Below, in pieces: positions 26,711 to 28,306 of a DNA stretch of 28,306 bases. The position numbers and the translations under genes are program-made. Where the stretch lies: positions 1 through 28,306 of the forward strand of contig CAZCAD010000001.1 of assembly GCA_964496525.1 (NCBI GenBank), in the 5' to 3' direction. This stretch comes from an uncultured Flavobacteriales bacterium (GTDB lineage: Bacteria > Bacteroidota > Bacteroidia > Flavobacteriales_D > Crocinitomicaceae). Numbering within the stretch: the first letter of the stretch is position 1; each line of letters starts with the position of its first letter. The notes under the pieces are model-generated. The model was given only the letters and a program-made list of their open reading frames with translations. It was not told the origin of the DNA and made no database searches.

Positions 26711-28279
26711 ATGAACAGGTTTTTATTGACATTATTGGTGCTTGCTACAAGCCTTTCTTCATGTAGAAAAGAAAAGACTTCATGGGATTCAAATTGGTCT
26801 GCTCCCTTGGTACACGGAACGCTAACGATCAATGATCTCATTCCTGTTGAATTTACCAATACAAATACAGAGGGATATCTTTCTTTGGTCTTTCATGACA
26901 CAGCATACAGCTTTTCCATTGACACACTCCTGAACTTACCTGATACAAATGTGCAGAGTGTCATAAATATTGGGGAATTTACGGATGTGACGATTTCCCC
27001 CGGCTTTTCTTTTCTGGATAATTATAATTCAGATTACGATTTGGGTGAAGTGGAACTCAAAAGAGTTATTCTCAAAGAAGGTACAGCTGAAATTTCTGTT
27101 ACCAGCCCCTGGGCAGGAAAAACGTTGATGACAATCAGTTTTCCATTAATTGACGAATCCGGAATGCCCTTTTCACGAACCTATAGCGTCGCAGCCGGCT
27201 CTCAGACGGATCCAACTATAGTAAGCGGTTCAGTAGATATGGTAAACTTTGATATGGACCTGAAAGGGCTCGCCGGGCTCTCATTTAATGAAGTTCCCGC
27301 TGATTTTCTGGTTAGTTCAGATGAATCAACTATGTCTTTCGTTGTAACGAATCAGGACACTGTAATATTTGACGTGGCCTTCAAAAATCTGGTACCAAAG
27401 TATGCCAAAGGTTATTTTGGTCAATACACCCTTTCAGATACAATCGGCTTTTCATTGGCTCCTATGAAGAAAATTATTGCCGGAAGTCTGGATATTGACT
27501 CAGTTGAAATGCGCGTTACAATAAAGAATGGCTTTAACTTGATCGCTCAGTCCACGATCAGCAAAATTACCGGAATCAACAGCCGAACGCTGAATGAAGT
27601 GGATTTAACTTTTGCGGAACTGAACAATTCGGTCAATATTAATCCGGCTACCGGCGGTTTATGGGCAACTGTGCCATCATCTTATCCAATTGATATCAAT
27701 AATCTAAACTCCAACATCACGGACTTTATTGAGAACTTACCTGACTCTTTGGATTTTGGATTTGAACTGAAGATTAATCCTGAAGGAAATATAACCGCAG
27801 GAAGTGATGAGCTTTACCCATCATCTACTCTCGACCTTTACGTTGATGCCGAATTTCCTTTGAATTTTTCAGCAAACGATTTAACCTTAGTTGATACCTT
27901 TGACATTAACTATAATCCAATAGAAGCTATTGCCCCGGGTAGTGGTCAAATTACCATGAACTATGACAATGGTTTTCCTCTTGCTGCAAGTGCAACCTTC
28001 TTTTTGCTCGACGAGAATGACGTGATCTTAGATTCCATTGTCTCATCCACCGGCATCTTATCAGGATCATATGACATAGCTACATATCTAACTACCCCAA
28101 CCAGGAGTTCCCTTACCTATTCGATTGCCCAAACCACAATAGACAACCTTGAATTGGCTAGTCGATTGATGCTTAAAGTATCATTTACAACCGACACGGC
28201 TGGCAAAGTGAAAATTGACGCTAATGCTTTTTTCAACTTCAATATTCGAACCAATCTCCAAATTACAGCGAAGCTATGA
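26711..28279 (+). CDS. Beta-rich surface lipoprotein of unknown function, 522 aa (track start 26573)
   Basis: MNRFLLTLLVLATSLSS-C lipobox followed by RKEKTSWD and a W..PL..GTLTINDL N-terminal motif. Many D(S/T)-hydrophobic sequons. Confidence 0.8.
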   Translation: MNRFLLTLLVLATSLSSCRKEKTSWDSNWSAPLVHGTLTINDLIPVEFTNTNTEGYLSLVFHDTAYSFSIDTLLNLPDTNVQSVINIGEFTDVTISPGFSFLDNYNSDYDLGEVELKRVILKEGTAEISVTSPWAGKTLMTISFPLIDESGMPFSRTYSVAAGSQTDPTIVSGSVDMVNFDMDLKGLAGLSFNEVPADFLVSSDESTMSFVVTNQDTVIFDVAFKNLVPKYAKGYFGQYTLSDTIGFSLAPMKKIIAGSLDIDSVEMRVTIKNGFNLIAQSTISKITGINSRTLNEVDLTFAELNNSVNINPATGGLWATVPSSYPIDINNLNSNITDFIENLPDSLDFGFELKINPEGNITAGSDELYPSSTLDLYVDAEFPLNFSANDLTLVDTFDINYNPIEAIAPGSGQITMNYDNGFPLAASATFFLLDENDVILDSIVSSTGILSGSYDIATYLTTPTRSSLTYSIAQTTIDNLELASRLMLKVSFTTDTAGKVKIDANAFFNFNIRTNLQITAKL

Positions 28280-28306
28280 CCAAATTAATATGCTCAGTCT
28301 TTGCCC
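28276..28306 (+). CDS. 5' fragment of the next gene (MTKLICSVFA...), truncated by the window edge
   Basis: ATGA overlap with the upstream stop, and a signal-peptide-like start. Confidence 0.55.
   Translation, partial: MTKLICSVFA

Overview
Chromosomal window from a Bacteroidota genome, probably Flavobacteriales (Crocinitomicaceae-like). The assignment rests on the short region-1.1-less SigA, TAnnTTTG promoters and T9SS cargo genes. Housekeeping content: tmRNA (minus strand, 12-412, tag (A)DNNNSYALAA), an M48 metalloprotease coupled to a putative beta-barrel gene, a Lys1/AlaDH-like dehydrogenase, rpoD, long-form GAPDH, TPR-nth-ftsB, GT2, acyl-CoA thioesterase and two conserved DUF-type genes. 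These are interleaved with five genes carrying a T9SS type-A C-terminal domain. Three of the five are paralogous beta-helix/choice-of-anchor-Q surface proteins with stalks of 1, 6 and 5 copies of a ~50-aa two-cysteine (GCDS) repeat, and all 12 repeats keep two Bacteroidota O-glycosylation sequons. Intergenic DNA holds a family of tiny GC-rich palindromes, including a nested stack at 10471-10583 and TGA-loop hairpins showing a compensatory base-pair change. There is also an unannotated 49-codon membrane-peptide ORF broken by an in-frame TAG and a 26-bp back-to-back promoter. No integrase, transposase, CRISPR array, rRNA or tRNA was found. All family assignments come from motif recognition by eye, not database searches.
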